DNA from: Vicinamibacteria bacterium
GTDB lineage: Bacteria; Acidobacteriota; Vicinamibacteria; Marinacidobacterales; Marinacidobacteraceae
Direction of reading: 5' to 3'
NCBI GenBank assembly: GCA_963555995.3
Contig: OY821641.1
Location: forward strand, 1,888,001 to 1,952,000
Length of the DNA: 64,000 nt
Part shown: in pieces, positions 1 to 10,033 of the stretch
How positions within the stretch are numbered: position 1 is the first letter of the stretch
Layout: every line of letters starts with the position of its first letter
The notes under the pieces: generated by a model
Databases searched by the model: none
What the model saw: the letters and a program-made list of their open reading frames with translations, nothing else
Told to the model about the DNA's origin: nothing
Made by a program: the position numbers and the translations under genes

Positions 1-837
1 GTCGGCGGCCCCGGCGGTCGAGGAATAGATGAACCGCTTCCCGTCAATCGAGACGTCCGGTCGGGTCCGGTAGAGCGACTGCTCGGCGAGCACGGTGACT
101 CCCTCCTCGAACCCGTCCACGGCCATGGGAGTGCGGATCACGTTTCCGGAGCCGAGCGGCACCTCGTGGTTCGAGACCATCAGAAGTTCCCGGGAATCCG
201 GCATCCAGGCCGGCGTGATGTGCATGTCCCAGGACCCGAAATAGAGCCGCTCCTTGCCGTAGTTCTCGTCCCGGGTGAGCGCGATCTCCTCCGCCCCGAG
301 GTCGCCGTCCGCGAACTCCCGGACATAGACGTTGAAGTAGCCGGAGGGCTTCGTGGACACGTAGGCGAGGCGGGTACCGTCCGGAGAAAAGACCGGGTCG
401 GTGTAGAGGTGCTCGTCGCTGAGCAGCGTGCGGGTCTCCCCGGTGGCCACCTCCGTAATCGCGAGACCGATGTTCTGGCCGTTCCGGTCCACGGTGAAAA
501 CGATGAAGCGTCCGTCCGGAGACCAGGCCGGCAGCGAGTGGTAGCCGGGACCGGAGGTGAGTTCGTCGGCGATCCCGGTCTCGGGGTCCACGCGCCAGAT
601 GGAGCCGGACATCGCCACCGCGATGCTCTTCCCGTCCGGCGACCACGCCGGCGCCCAGGGCGTGCTGCTCGGCGCGGGCGGGAAGTAGTAGTTGTGCATG
701 TAGTTCCCGCCGTGGCGCGCGGGCGGATACGCCTCGGCGACCCCCTGGATGATGGGCGGCGGCGGCCAGCGCTGGGGCTGGGCGAACAGCGGGGTGGCGA
801 TGAACAGGAGGAGAGCGAGGCTGGGACGCGGGTGCAT
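1..837 (-). CDS. Secreted TolB-like/PD40 beta-propeller protein, N-terminal part (runs off the window; possibly a PD40 + metallohydrolase protein)
   Basis: Manual translation from ATG 837 (SD-like AGAGGA upstream): MHPRPSLALLLFIATPLFAQ signal peptide, then repeated PAWSPDG/PVFSPDG/PAWMPDS motifs; no stop before base 1, so absent from the ORF track. Confidence 0.8.
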   Translation of the reverse strand, partial: MHPRPSLALLLFIATPLFAQPQRWPPPPIIQGVAEAYPPARHGGNYMHNYYFPPAPSSTPWAPAWSPDGKSIAVAMSGSIWRVDPETGIADELTSGPGYHSLPAWSPDGRFIVFTVDRNGQNIGLAITEVATGETRTLLSDEHLYTDPVFSPDGTRLAYVSTKPSGYFNVYVREFADGDLGAEEIALTRDENYGKERLYFGSWDMHITPAWMPDSRELLMVSNHEVPLGSGNVIRTPMAVDGFEEGVTVLAEQSLYRTRPDVSIDGKRFIYSSTAGAAD

Positions 838-937
838 GGATGTTCCTCTCGGGCCGCCGATTCTACGGGCGCGCCCGCCCGCCGCAGGCAGCGAACCCGG
901 CACCGCCGCATCCGGACATGGGCCTCTCTGCTCGATC

Positions 938-965
938 AGGACCATAATGGTCCTATAATGTGGTC
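938..965 (+). promoter_or_regulatory. Promoter/operator of the vapBC operon
   Basis: Palindrome AGGACCA-taa-TGGTCCT (938-954) overlapping a perfect -10 TATAAT (954-959), 6 nt before ATG 966. Confidence 0.7.
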
Positions 966-1283
966 ATGCAGTCCATCAAGGTGACCGAACTCAAGACTCA
1001 TCTGAGCCGGTACCTGCGGCAGGCGTCCCGCGGAGAGAGGATCACGGTCAGAGATCGCGACGATCCGATCGCGGAACTCGGTCCGGCGCGCGGCGAGCCG
1101 CTCTCGTGTCGCGACCGCCTGGTGCGTGAGGGCCGACTCCGGCCCGGGACGCAGGACTGGGGCGCCCTGAACATCTCGCCCATCGCGCGACGCGTGGACA
1201 TCCAGGCATCGCTCCGCGCCGTCCGCGAGGATCCGGATGAAGTACGTCGACGCCAGCGCGCTCCTTCGCCTCCTGTTCGCTGA
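966..1283 (+). CDS. Phd/YefM-family antitoxin
   Basis: MQSIKVTELKTHLSRYLRQASRGERITVRDRDDPIAELGP is a typical prevent-host-death N-terminus; overlaps a PIN toxin gene. Confidence 0.85.
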   Translation: MQSIKVTELKTHLSRYLRQASRGERITVRDRDDPIAELGPARGEPLSCRDRLVREGRLRPGTQDWGALNISPIARRVDIQASLRAVREDPDEVRRRQRAPSPPVR

Positions 1284-1671
1284 ACCCGGTCCGTCGGTCC
1301 CGCTGCGGGCCGGCCAATGGGTGGTCTCCTCCCGGCTCGTCGAGATCGAAGCGTTCCGGGCCGTTGATCGGGAACGGCTGCTCGGCGGCTTGACCGACAC
1401 CGAGACGGCTGTGAAGCGCAAGGAGTTGATCGAACTGCTGGCGACAATGGATCTCGCGCCGGTGGACGACTCGGTGATCGCCGGCGCGAAGGCTTCGTTC
1501 GCGGTGAATCTCCGCGCGCTCGATGCCATCCACGTAGCGACGGCGGAACTCCTGGCGGCGTCGGCCGACGGCGAACCGCTGGAGTTCTGGACGCATGACG
1601 AGCGTCAGGCTACGGCAGCCCTTTCGCGCGGCCTGGCCGTCTATGGCGTGGGCACCGCTGACGGCCGCTGA
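1237..1671 (+). CDS. vapC: VapC-family PIN-domain toxin
   Basis: YVDASALL...E...LRALDAIHVATA...FWTHDERQ PIN acidic motifs; 144 aa. Confidence 0.9.
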   Translation: MKYVDASALLRLLFAEPGPSVPLRAGQWVVSSRLVEIEAFRAVDRERLLGGLTDTETAVKRKELIELLATMDLAPVDDSVIAGAKASFAVNLRALDAIHVATAELLAASADGEPLEFWTHDERQATAALSRGLAVYGVGTADGR

Positions 1672-1717
1672 CGACTATCGTTCGTGAACCCGGGTAGCGT
1701 TGCGACGCGCGCGGCCC

Positions 1718-1740
1718 GGAGCGCCGGCCTCCGGCCGGCA
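1718..1740. repeat. REP-like palindrome variant
   Basis: GGAGC-GCCGGCC-tcc-GGCCGGC-A, same flanks as the other REP copies. Confidence 0.6.
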
Positions 1741-1801
1741 TCGCCCCGGTTGCGGTGAAAATGCGGGGTCGGCGAAACGCTGTCCGTCGAGATGGTGCCA
1801 T

Positions 1802-1970
1802 CGGCTTGGAGCGCCGGCTTCAGCCGGCACAGCGAGCCGAAGGCTCGCGGACGTCGTGCCGCGGTGCGCGGTGATGGACGGGCAGCCCGAACGCCGTCGG
1901 GCGCGCCAGCGTCGTGCCATCCGCTGCGCTCTGCGCAGCGGGTGCCGGCTGAAGCCGGCGCTCCAAGCCG
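1802..1970. repeat. REPIN-like element (inverted pair of REPs)
   Basis: CGGCTTGGAGCGCCGGCTTCAGCCGGCAC at 1802-1830 and its reverse complement at 1942-1970. Confidence 0.8.
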
Positions 1971-2785
1971 TGGGCGCCGTGAGGGCGAGTCGCGTTGCGA
2001 CGCGCGCGGTGCGAGCACCGCGGGTGCCGGCTGAAGCCGGCGCTCCAAGCCGTGGGCGCCGTAAGGGCGAGTCGCGTTGCGACGCGCGCGGTGCGAGCAC
2101 CGCGGGTGCCGGCTGAAGCCGGCGCTCCAAGCCGTGGGCGCCGTAAGGGCGAGTCGCGTTGCGACGCGCGCGGTGCGAGCACCGCGGGTGCCGGCTGAAG
2201 CCGGCGCTCCAAGCCGTGGGCGCCGTGAGGGCGAGTCGCGTTGCGACGCGCGCGGTGCGAGCACCGCGGGTGCCGGCTGAAGCCGGCGCTCCAAGCCGTG
2301 GGCGCCGTAAGGGCGAGTCGCGTTGCGACGCGCGCGGTGCGAGCACCGCGGGTGCCGGCTGAAGCCGGCGCTCCAAGCCGTGGGCGCCGTGAGGGCGAGT
2401 CGCGTTGCGACGCGCGCGGTGCGAGCACCGCGGGTGCCGGCTGAAGCCGGCGCTCCAAGCCGTGGGCGCCGTAAGGGCGAGTCGCGTTGCGACGCGCGCG
2501 GTGCGAGCACCGCGGGTGCCGGCTGAAGCCGGCGCTCCAAGCCGTGGGCGCCGTGAGGGCGAGTCGCGTTGCGACGCGCGCGGTGCGAGCACCGCGGGTG
2601 CCGGCTGAAGCCGGCGCTCCAAGCCGTGGGCGCCGTAAGGGCGAGTCGCGTTGCGACGCGCGCGGTGCGAGCACCGCGGGTGCCAGCTGAAGCCGGCGCT
2701 CCAAGCCGTGGGCGCCGTGAGGGCGAGTCGCGTTGCGACGCGCGCGGTGCGAGCACCGCGGGTGCCGGCTGAAGCCGGCGCTCCA
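1938..2785. repeat. 82-bp tandem array: 10 full units plus a 28-bp partial unit, each carrying one REP palindrome
   Basis: Units start at 1938, 2020, 2102 ... 2676, 2758; identical except one G/A site per unit and a single G>A at 2685. Confidence 0.97.
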
Positions 2786-2789
2786 GGCT

Positions 2790-3056
2790 TTACAGGTTGC
2801 GGGCGTGGGCGCGGGCGGGGAGCACGTCGCGGAGGCGCAGCCCCTCGTCCTTGAGGTAGCTCAGCAGGCCCTTCTTGTCGATGGTGCGGAGGGCGCGGGC
2901 GCTGAGCCGTAGCCTCACCGAGCGCTCCAGCTCGGGCACCCACACGGACTTCCACTGCAGGTTGGGAAGCTGACGCCGCTTCGTCTTGTTGTGGGCGTGG
3001 CTGATGGCGTTCCCGGTGAGGGGACGCTTGCCGGTCAGCTTGCAGGTCCTGGCCAT
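2790..3056 (-). CDS. rpmB: 50S ribosomal protein L28
   Basis: MARTCKLTGKRPLTGNAISHAHNKTKRRQLPNLQ signature; -10 TAGAAT at 3073-3068. Confidence 0.97.
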   Translation of the reverse strand: MARTCKLTGKRPLTGNAISHAHNKTKRRQLPNLQWKSVWVPELERSVRLRLSARALRTIDKKGLLSYLKDEGLRLRDVLPARAHARNL

Positions 3057-3094
3057 GGGCGGCGCGGATTCTAGCGGTTCCGGACCGGGCTCGC

Positions 3095-5719
3095 CTACCG
3101 CGCCCCCAGGTCTTCCACGGCGGCGCCGTTCAGGGCGTTCAGGAAGAGCTTGTAGGTGCCGCGCGGCTGGCCCCGGAACTGGGGACGGAAGCCGAAGAGC
3201 ACCACTTCGCCGGCGCCCATCGGGACCCGCGCCATGGCGATCTTGCCGCCGATGGCGTTCGCTTCGCCGAGCGCCCAGCCGCTCATGAGGATGTCGTCCT
3301 CGGCGTAGCGGGCGATGACCTCCACGTTGGCGGGCGGCGGCGCCATCGTGGTCTCCCGTCCCCCTTCGCGGGTCCGGGGCAGGCTCACGGTATCGAAAGC
3401 CCGGCTCCTCACGAACTGGGTCGCCACCTCGTCCCGCATCCCGAAGGCCAGCGGATGCGCGGTGTCCACGGTGGCCCGGATCAGCGAGCCCGGGATGAAG
3501 AAGGTCCGGTCGGCCAATCCGGCGGTGACGTTCCGCAGGGGGAGGCCGAACTGGGCGATGGCGAAGTCGCTCGCCCCGTCCAGCGTCACCAGCATGCCGC
3601 CCTCCTCGACGAAACGGCTCAGCGACAGCGACCCCTCGAGGCCGATGCCGCCGGTGAACTCGTCGGGCATCGTGCCGGGGGCGTGTCCCTGGAGAATCTC
3701 CCGGGTGGACTGGTGGGGCAGGACGATCACGTCCAGCCGCGACAGGTCACCGGTCCGCACATCGTCGTCGGAGAGGCTGGTGAGGTCGTACTCGTAGTTC
3801 TCGAGCAGCCAGCGGGTCCATCCCTCGTCCATGCTGGCGACGTAGGACTTGTAGAGGCCGACCCGGACCGGCTCCAGCGGCAGCAGTTCCACGTCCGGCG
3901 CCCGGGAGAGCCCCGCGACATCGAGCCCCAGTTCGGAGGCGATCCCTTCCATGGCCGCGTCGGCCGGGTCCGACCGGCGCACGACCAGGGTCCCCGCGGG
4001 ATGCTCCGTCCCGCCGTCCGTGAAGCTCTCCGCCGCCCAGGCCACCTCGGCGCCCGCGGCGAGCAGCCGGTTCTGGGCGATCACCGCGGCGTTCGGGCGG
4101 TGCGAGATCGCGTAGCCGAAGGAGCCCCCGCCGGAGACCTCACCGGCCGGCGCCCGGATCGGACCGTCCACCCGTGCGGATGCGACCCCGGGAACCTCCG
4201 CGACCCGGTCCACCCGCACTCCCATCTGCATGGGCAGCGTCCAGCCCGCGAGGTCGTAGGGGGGATCCGGCGGCCCGTCCGGCGTCCGCCGGCGGTCGGG
4301 ATAGTCCTGCGCCTCCAGCAGGTCTTCGGCGTAGGCGCGGAACGCCTGGGCGCCCGGAATGATGTAGGAGCCCTCCCCGTAGGTCTCCCCGTCGATCTCG
4401 AACGCCGCTTCCGCCCGCTCGATCACGATGCCCCCCTCGTGGAGCACGTTCACGAGCGCAGCGGCCTCGCCCGGGTCCCACTGGCCGGCCGGGACGATCC
4501 AGCTCGCCTCGCTCCCCTCGATCGCGTCGCGGCCCATCCTCCAGATGTCGAAGAGCCACTTCTCCCGGAGGTCGGCCGCCACGTCGAGGACCGCCATGGA
4601 CGCGGTCAGCGTGTAGCGGATCGGATCCGAGAAGGGCGACTCCCCGCCCGGCCACGGATAGGGATAGAAGACGTCGGTTCCGTTGGTCGGCGCCGCCTGT
4701 CCGCGGCGGGGGTTGCCGACGAACTCCGGACGGTCCTCCGGGTCGTAGATCCGCGGACTGGCCGAGGCGTGCGACGTCTCGGTCAGCAGCCCGATCATGT
4801 TGTGGAAGTAGGGCACGGTCCGCATGCCCCCGTTCCACCACATCGAATAGATCATGTCGGAGACCGCGCCCGGCATCTTCTTCATGGCGAAGCGGTTCGC
4901 CATCGCCGAACCGATCAGGTTCACCGAGGTGGTGACCCCGGGATGGATCCGGGGGTTCACCGGGTCAGCGAAGGGCGGCAGGAAGATCCGCGCCCAGGCC
5001 GGGCCGGTCTGGTGGTGGTTGTAGACGATCTGCGGGAACCACTCGTGGTAGAGCATCCGGCTCACCGCCGCCGTCTCGGGCATGTTGTTCATGAACCAGT
5101 CGCGGTTGTTGTCGTGCCCGACGTAGTGGTGGTAGAGCTCGGGCGGGCGCGTCGTCTCGAAGGGCGTCTCGAGGTTCCGGCGGTACCAGGACGCCACGAT
5201 GTCCAGGCCGTCGGGATTCATGCAGGGCATGAGGATCAGGATCACCTCGTCCCGGATCTTCCGCATCTCTTCGGAGTCCTCGGTGGCGACCCGGTGGGCG
5301 AGGAGCGGCGCCATCTGCGCGGGCGCCACCTCGGTGGCGTGGAGCCCCGCGTCAATCCAGACCACCGCCTTCCCCTCGCGGGAGATCCGGACCGCCTCCT
5401 CCTCCGAAATCTCTGCGTGGGCGAGCGCCCGCGCATTCTCCCGGTGCGTATCCAGCGCCGCGAGGTTCTCCGGCGAGGAGATGAAGAGGACGAGGAGCGG
5501 CTTGCCGAGGACGGTCTCGCCGATCTCGCGGAGCTCCACCCGGTCGCTCGCCGCCGCGAGCTGCTCGTAGTACGGGGTCAGCTCGCCCCAGAGCGCGAGT
5601 TGGTAGTCGTCGCCGGGCTCGAAGCCGAGGACTTCCGACGGCGCCGGAACCTGCGCCTCCGCCACGCTGCCGAGCGTCAGGCCGGCGGCCAGCAGGAAAG
5701 AAACCGTGACTCGAAGCAT
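3095..5719 (-). CDS. Secreted M14-family zinc carboxypeptidase with C-terminal GATase-like domain
   Basis: Signal peptide; HATE (HxxE) zinc motif, NPDG, GHDNNRD, HHQ, MDEGWTRW. Confidence 0.85.
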   Translation of the reverse strand: MLRVTVSFLLAAGLTLGSVAEAQVPAPSEVLGFEPGDDYQLALWGELTPYYEQLAAASDRVELREIGETVLGKPLLVLFISSPENLAALDTHRENARALAHAEISEEEAVRISREGKAVVWIDAGLHATEVAPAQMAPLLAHRVATEDSEEMRKIRDEVILILMPCMNPDGLDIVASWYRRNLETPFETTRPPELYHHYVGHDNNRDWFMNNMPETAAVSRMLYHEWFPQIVYNHHQTGPAWARIFLPPFADPVNPRIHPGVTTSVNLIGSAMANRFAMKKMPGAVSDMIYSMWWNGGMRTVPYFHNMIGLLTETSHASASPRIYDPEDRPEFVGNPRRGQAAPTNGTDVFYPYPWPGGESPFSDPIRYTLTASMAVLDVAADLREKWLFDIWRMGRDAIEGSEASWIVPAGQWDPGEAAALVNVLHEGGIVIERAEAAFEIDGETYGEGSYIIPGAQAFRAYAEDLLEAQDYPDRRRTPDGPPDPPYDLAGWTLPMQMGVRVDRVAEVPGVASARVDGPIRAPAGEVSGGGSFGYAISHRPNAAVIAQNRLLAAGAEVAWAAESFTDGGTEHPAGTLVVRRSDPADAAMEGIASELGLDVAGLSRAPDVELLPLEPVRVGLYKSYVASMDEGWTRWLLENYEYDLTSLSDDDVRTGDLSRLDVIVLPHQSTREILQGHAPGTMPDEFTGGIGLEGSLSLSRFVEEGGMLVTLDGASDFAIAQFGLPLRNVTAGLADRTFFIPGSLIRATVDTAHPLAFGMRDEVATQFVRSRAFDTVSLPRTREGGRETTMAPPPANVEVIARYAEDDILMSGWALGEANAIGGKIAMARVPMGAGEVVLFGFRPQFRGQPRGTYKLFLNALNGAAVEDLGAR

Positions 5720-5768
5720 GGAGCGCCCCCCGGGAGAAGCCGGAAATGTTACGGGGGACGCCCCGGAA

Positions 5769-6782
5769 TCAGACGGACTCTTTCAGGGTCACCGCATCAA
5801 GGAAGGGCATCATCTTCCGAAGCTCGGCCCCGACCGTCTCGATCTGGTGGTTCTGCTCGGCGCGGCGGCGCGCCATGAAGTTGGGCCGGCCCGCCCGGTC
5901 CTCTTCGATCCAGCCCCGGGCGTAGGCCCCGCTCCGGACGTCCGCGAGGATCTTCTGCATCGCCGCCCGGGTCTCCTCGGTGACGATCTGCCGGCCGCCG
6001 TGGTAGTCGCCGTGCTCGGCGGTGTCGCTCACCGAGTAGCGCATGTAGTTGAGGCCGCCCCGGTACATCAGGTCCACGATCAGCTTCAGCTCGTGGAGGC
6101 ATTCGAAATAGGCGATCTCCGGCTGGTAACCCGCTTCGACCAGCGTCTCGAAGCCCGCCTTGATCAACTCGCTGACGCCGCCGCAGAGGACGCTCTGCTC
6201 CCCGAAGAGATCGGTCTCGGTCTCTTCCGCGAACGTCGTCTCGATCACCCCCGCCCGGGTGAGCCCGACTCCCCGGGCGTAGGAGAGCGCGAGCGCCAGC
6301 GCCCGCCCCGAGGCGTCCTGTTCGACAGCGACCAGGGCCGGGGTCCCGCCTCCCTCGATGAAGAGCTCCCGAACCCGGTGCCCCGGCGCCTTGGGGGCGA
6401 TCAGCGACACGTCCACCTCCGCCGGCGGCCGGATGGTGCCGAAGCGGATGTTGAACCCGTGGGCGAACATGAGCGTCTTGCCGGATCCGAGGTGCGGGGC
6501 GATCTGTTCCTCGTAGATCGCCGCCTGCGTGGTGTCCGGCGTCAGGATGGTGACCACATCGGCCCAGGCGGCGGCTTCCGGACCGGAGACCACTTGGAGC
6601 CCCTCGGCTTCGGCGCGGCCGCGGGAGCGGCTGCCGGCATGGAGCGCGATCCGCACCTCGACGCCGCTGTCGCGGAGGTTCAGCGCGTGGGCGTGGCCCT
6701 GCGACCCGTAGCCGAAGACGGCCACCTTCATGCCCTGGATCAGCGCGAGATCGGCGGAGTCGTCGTAGTAGATGTTGGCCAT
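5769..6782 (-). CDS. ilvC: Ketol-acid reductoisomerase
   Basis: [41 protein letters not shown]. Confidence 0.97.
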   Translation of the reverse strand: MANIYYDDSADLALIQGMKVAVFGYGSQGHAHALNLRDSGVEVRIALHAGSRSRGRAEAEGLQVVSGPEAAAWADVVTILTPDTTQAAIYEEQIAPHLGSGKTLMFAHGFNIRFGTIRPPAEVDVSLIAPKAPGHRVRELFIEGGGTPALVAVEQDASGRALALALSYARGVGLTRAGVIETTFAEETETDLFGEQSVLCGGVSELIKAGFETLVEAGYQPEIAYFECLHELKLIVDLMYRGGLNYMRYSVSDTAEHGDYHGGRQIVTEETRAAMQKILADVRSGAYARGWIEEDRAGRPNFMARRRAEQNHQIETVGAELRKMMPFLDAVTLKESV

Positions 6783-6814
6783 TGGGGGTCCTTTCGTTGG
6801 GGTTTGCGGCGAAA

Positions 6815-7402
6815 TCAGACGGACTGGGACCCGTCGTCGGACGGGGCCGATCTCCGGCGCTTCGGCGGTTTGCGGGCGTCCGGATCGGTCATCACGCTCG
6901 CGGCCCCGCGCGCCATCCCGACCAGCCCGGTCCGGACCTGTTCCACGATCCCGTAGGGACGCAGCACCTCGGCGAGCCCGTCAATCTTCGCCGGCGACGC
7001 GGTCGCCTCGAGCACCACCGACTCCGGCGCGATGTCCACGAGGCGGGCCCCGGTGGCGCCGGCGAGCTGGATGACCTGGGTGCGCTCCTCCCCCGTCGCC
7101 TGGATCTTGAACATCGCGAGTTCGTGATGGATCGCGGGCTCGTTCGTGATGTCGTCGGCGCGCAGCACGTTCACGAGGCGCGAGAGCTGGACCAGCATCC
7201 GGCGCGCGGTGGTCGCGTCGGTCCGCACCACGATCGTCATCCGGGATACGCCCGGCGCCCGCGCGGGTCCGACGCTCAGCGACTCGATGTTGAAGCCGCG
7301 GCGCCGGAAGAGCGAGGTGACCCGGTTCAGGACCCCGGGGAGGTCCTCCACCCACACCACGAAGATGTGGGGCCGGACCCGGCCGTCCGGACCCGGTGTC
7401 AC
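6815..7402 (-). CDS. ilvN: Acetolactate synthase small (regulatory, ACT) subunit
   Basis: [28 protein letters not shown]; lies between ilvB and ilvC; GTG 7402 chosen just after the ilvB stop. Confidence 0.92.
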   Translation of the reverse strand: MTPGPDGRVRPHIFVVWVEDLPGVLNRVTSLFRRRGFNIESLSVGPARAPGVSRMTIVVRTDATTARRMLVQLSRLVNVLRADDITNEPAIHHELAMFKIQATGEERTQVIQLAGATGARLVDIAPESVVLEATASPAKIDGLAEVLRPYGIVEQVRTGLVGMARGAASVMTDPDARKPPKRRRSAPSDDGSQSV

Positions 7403-7406
7403 GGCC

Positions 7407-9167
7407 TCACCACTCCACGGCGTCGCCGGCGGCCACCGGCTCCTCCTCGGACGCCGGGTCGCCATCGGCCTCCTGCTCGGGCCGCCGGATCATGTCCTGG
7501 AGGCGGGCGCCGGTCGGGACCATGGGATACACGGTGTCCTCCTTCTCGACCTGGAAGTCCAGCACCACCGTCCGCTCGTCGGCGCGGGCGCGCTCGACCG
7601 CGCCCTCGACTTCCTGCCGGCTCCGCACCACCTCCCCGCCGAGGCCGAACGACCGGGCGAGGGCCGCGAAGTCCGGGCTCAGGATGGGGGTCCCGGCGTA
7701 GCGGCGGTCGTAGAAGAACTCCTGCCACTGCCGCACCATGCCCAGATAGCCGTTGTTGATGATCGCGACGTTCAGCTTGAGCCGTTCCTGGGCGATGGTC
7801 GCGAGTTCGCACATGGTCATCTGGAACCCGCCGTCTCCCGCGATCACCCACACCTCGTCGTCCGGGCGCGCCACCTTGGCCCCCACGGCCGCCGGGAGCG
7901 CGAAACCCATCGTCCCCAGCCCTCCGGAGGTGATCAGGGAGCGGGGTTCGTTGTGGCGGTAGTACTGCGCCTCCCACATCTGGTGCTGGCCGACGTCGGT
8001 GGTCACGATCGCCTTGCCCCGGGTCATGCGCCAGATGTCGTGGATGACGTGCGCCGCGTAGAGCTTCCCCATGTCGGGAAGGTTCTGGATGTCGCGGACC
8101 GCGGTGTCCCCCTTGAAACCCCGGATGCTTCCGAGCCACTCCGAGCGGTCCCGGGCCTCGATGACCGGCAGCAGGTGGGCCAGCACCGCGGAGAGGTCCC
8201 CGGCGAGGGCCACGTCCACCCGAACGTTCTTGTTGAACTCGGCCGGATCAATGTCAATGTGGATCTTGGCCGCGTTCGGGGCGTAGGTCTTGAGGCTTCC
8301 GGTCACCCGGTCGTCGAACCGCATGCCGAGCGCCAGCAGCAGGTCGGCCTCCTGGATCGCCTGGTTGACCCACGACTCCCCGTGCATGCCCATCATCCCC
8401 ATGTTGAGCGCGTGGTTCGCCGGGATCGCGCCGATGCCCAGCAGGGTCATGGCGATGGGGATGCGGGCGCGCTCGGCGAGTTCCCGCACCTGCCCCATCG
8501 CGCCCGAGATCAGGATCCCGTGGCCGGCGAGGATGACCGGGCGTTCCGCCCGGTTGATGAGTTCCGCCGCCCGCTGCAGCTCGGATTCCGGCGGCCGGGG
8601 CTCCGGCCGGTAGCCCGGCAGGTCCACCTTCCCGAGGCGCGGGCGCGCCTCGGTGAACGCCTGCTGCGCGTCCTTGGTGATGTCCACCAGCACCGGCCCC
8701 GGACGCCCCGAACGGGCGACGTAGAAGGCCTCGTGGAGCGCCGGCGCGATCTCGTCCACCTCCGTGACCAGGTAGTTGTGCTTGGTGATCGGCAGGGTGA
8801 CCCCGGTGACGTCGGTCTCCTGGAAGGCGTCGGTCCCGATGAGGGCGCTGCCGACCTGGCCGGTGACGCAGACGATGGGCGACGAGTCGAGCATCGCGGT
8901 GGCGATCCCGGTCACCATGTTCGTCGCGCCGGGCCCCGAGGTCGCGACGGCCACCCCCACCTCGCCGCTCGCCCGCGAGAACCCGTCCGCCATGTGCGTC
9001 GCGCCCTGCTCGTGACGCACCAGGATGTGCCGGATGGGGTAGTCGAGCATCGCGTCGTACGCCGGCAGGATGGCCCCGCCCGGATACCCGAACACCGTGT
9101 GCACCCCTTCCCCGAGCAGGGTCTCCCAGATGAGTTGCGCTCCGGTTCGCCTCCAGCGCTTCTTCAT
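7407..9167 (-). CDS. ilvB: Acetolactate synthase large subunit
   Basis: FGYPGGAILP, RHEQGA, TSGPGATN, DVGQHQMW, GDGGFQM TPP motif. Confidence 0.97.
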   Translation of the reverse strand: MKKRWRRTGAQLIWETLLGEGVHTVFGYPGGAILPAYDAMLDYPIRHILVRHEQGATHMADGFSRASGEVGVAVATSGPGATNMVTGIATAMLDSSPIVCVTGQVGSALIGTDAFQETDVTGVTLPITKHNYLVTEVDEIAPALHEAFYVARSGRPGPVLVDITKDAQQAFTEARPRLGKVDLPGYRPEPRPPESELQRAAELINRAERPVILAGHGILISGAMGQVRELAERARIPIAMTLLGIGAIPANHALNMGMMGMHGESWVNQAIQEADLLLALGMRFDDRVTGSLKTYAPNAAKIHIDIDPAEFNKNVRVDVALAGDLSAVLAHLLPVIEARDRSEWLGSIRGFKGDTAVRDIQNLPDMGKLYAAHVIHDIWRMTRGKAIVTTDVGQHQMWEAQYYRHNEPRSLITSGGLGTMGFALPAAVGAKVARPDDEVWVIAGDGGFQMTMCELATIAQERLKLNVAIINNGYLGMVRQWQEFFYDRRYAGTPILSPDFAALARSFGLGGEVVRSRQEVEGAVERARADERTVVLDFQVEKEDTVYPMVPTGARLQDMIRRPEQEADGDPASEEEPVAAGDAVEW

Positions 9168-9225
9168 CTTTTTCCCTCCGGGCCGTCACCCGGCGCCTGA
9201 GCCGGGGAACTGCCGCAGGCCGGAA

Positions 9226-9663
9226 TCAATCGTCGGCGAGAGCCTCGCGGATCCCCGCCGAGATCCGTTCTCCTTCCGCGGCGCCGAGGGATCCCGGACG
9301 CCAGACGGTCTGGAGCCCCTGCCCCGGCTCGCTCCGGCGGCCGTAGGCGGGGATGACGTGGAAGTGTACGTGCGGGACCGCCTGGCCGGCGGGCTTCCCG
9401 TTGTTCAGGATGATGTTGCAGTGCGGCGTACCGGTCGCCTTCGCCACCGCCCGGCATATCCGGGGCAACACCCGCCCGATGGCGGCGGAGGAATCGTCCG
9501 ACAGTTCGCCGAGCGATTCGCGGCTCTCCCGGGGGACCACCAGCAGGTGCCCGGGGCTCTGCGGTCCGATGTCGAGGAACGCGTACACCCGGTCGTCCTC
9601 ATAGACGCAGTGGCTCGGCAGTTCGCCCCGGATGATCCGGTCGAAGAGCGTCCCCTCGGACAT
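9226..9663 (-). CDS. HIT-family nucleotide hydrolase
   Basis: MSEGTLFDRIIRGELP...AGQAVPHVHFHVIP histidine triad; start ATG 9663 (the longer ORF extension reads through a REPIN). Confidence 0.9.
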   Translation of the reverse strand: MSEGTLFDRIIRGELPSHCVYEDDRVYAFLDIGPQSPGHLLVVPRESRESLGELSDDSSAAIGRVLPRICRAVAKATGTPHCNIILNNGKPAGQAVPHVHFHVIPAYGRRSEPGQGLQTVWRPGSLGAAEGERISAGIREALADD

Positions 9664-9767
9664 GCGCGCGAACCCTAACAGCCTGGGGCAAGACGCACGC
9701 GGCATTCCCGAGCTACGAGGAATGGAAGGGCTCCGGGTTGGCCAACAGTCGTGGTGGCGCTGTCGGC

Positions 9768-9927
9768 TTGGAGCGCCGGCTTCAGCCGGCACAGCGGCCC
9801 GCCGGGCCGCGGGCGGTTCGTCGCTACCCCGGGTACATGGGCGCACGCAGCCGCGCCATCCCCGCGAATCATCTCCGTCCCGCCGCCCGCCTCCGGCGGG
9901 CTGTGCCGGCTGAAGCCGGCGTTCCAA
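9768..9927. repeat. REPIN-like element
   Basis: Inverted REP pair; the reverse complement of its interior resembles the copies at 24434 and 26535. Confidence 0.85.
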
Positions 9928-10033
9928 ACGGTCCCTGCCACCCTGGGCCTCAGCGTCCCGCTCCGCACCTTCATGAGCGGCATCACCCCGGCTGACACGC
10001 GGGTCGGCTGGGTCGCTCGGTACACTGCCGCCC

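Noticed and set aside
1938-2785. CRISPR array
   Set aside because: Sequences between the palindromes are identical (no unique spacers) and there are no cas genes in the window.
966-2785. Type III toxin-antitoxin system
   Set aside because: The toxin is a PIN protein with a cognate protein antitoxin, and the repeats lie downstream rather than upstream.
1641-2955. Long repetitive ORFs in all three minus frames and 67-aa plus-strand ORFs over the array
   Set aside because: They follow from a stop-free, GC-rich 82-bp unit (not a multiple of 3); there is no RBS or protein-like composition.
9168-9225. ilv attenuator/leader peptide
   Set aside because: Only 58 nt separate the HIT gene and ilvB, with no Ile/Leu/Val-rich leader or U-tailed terminator.
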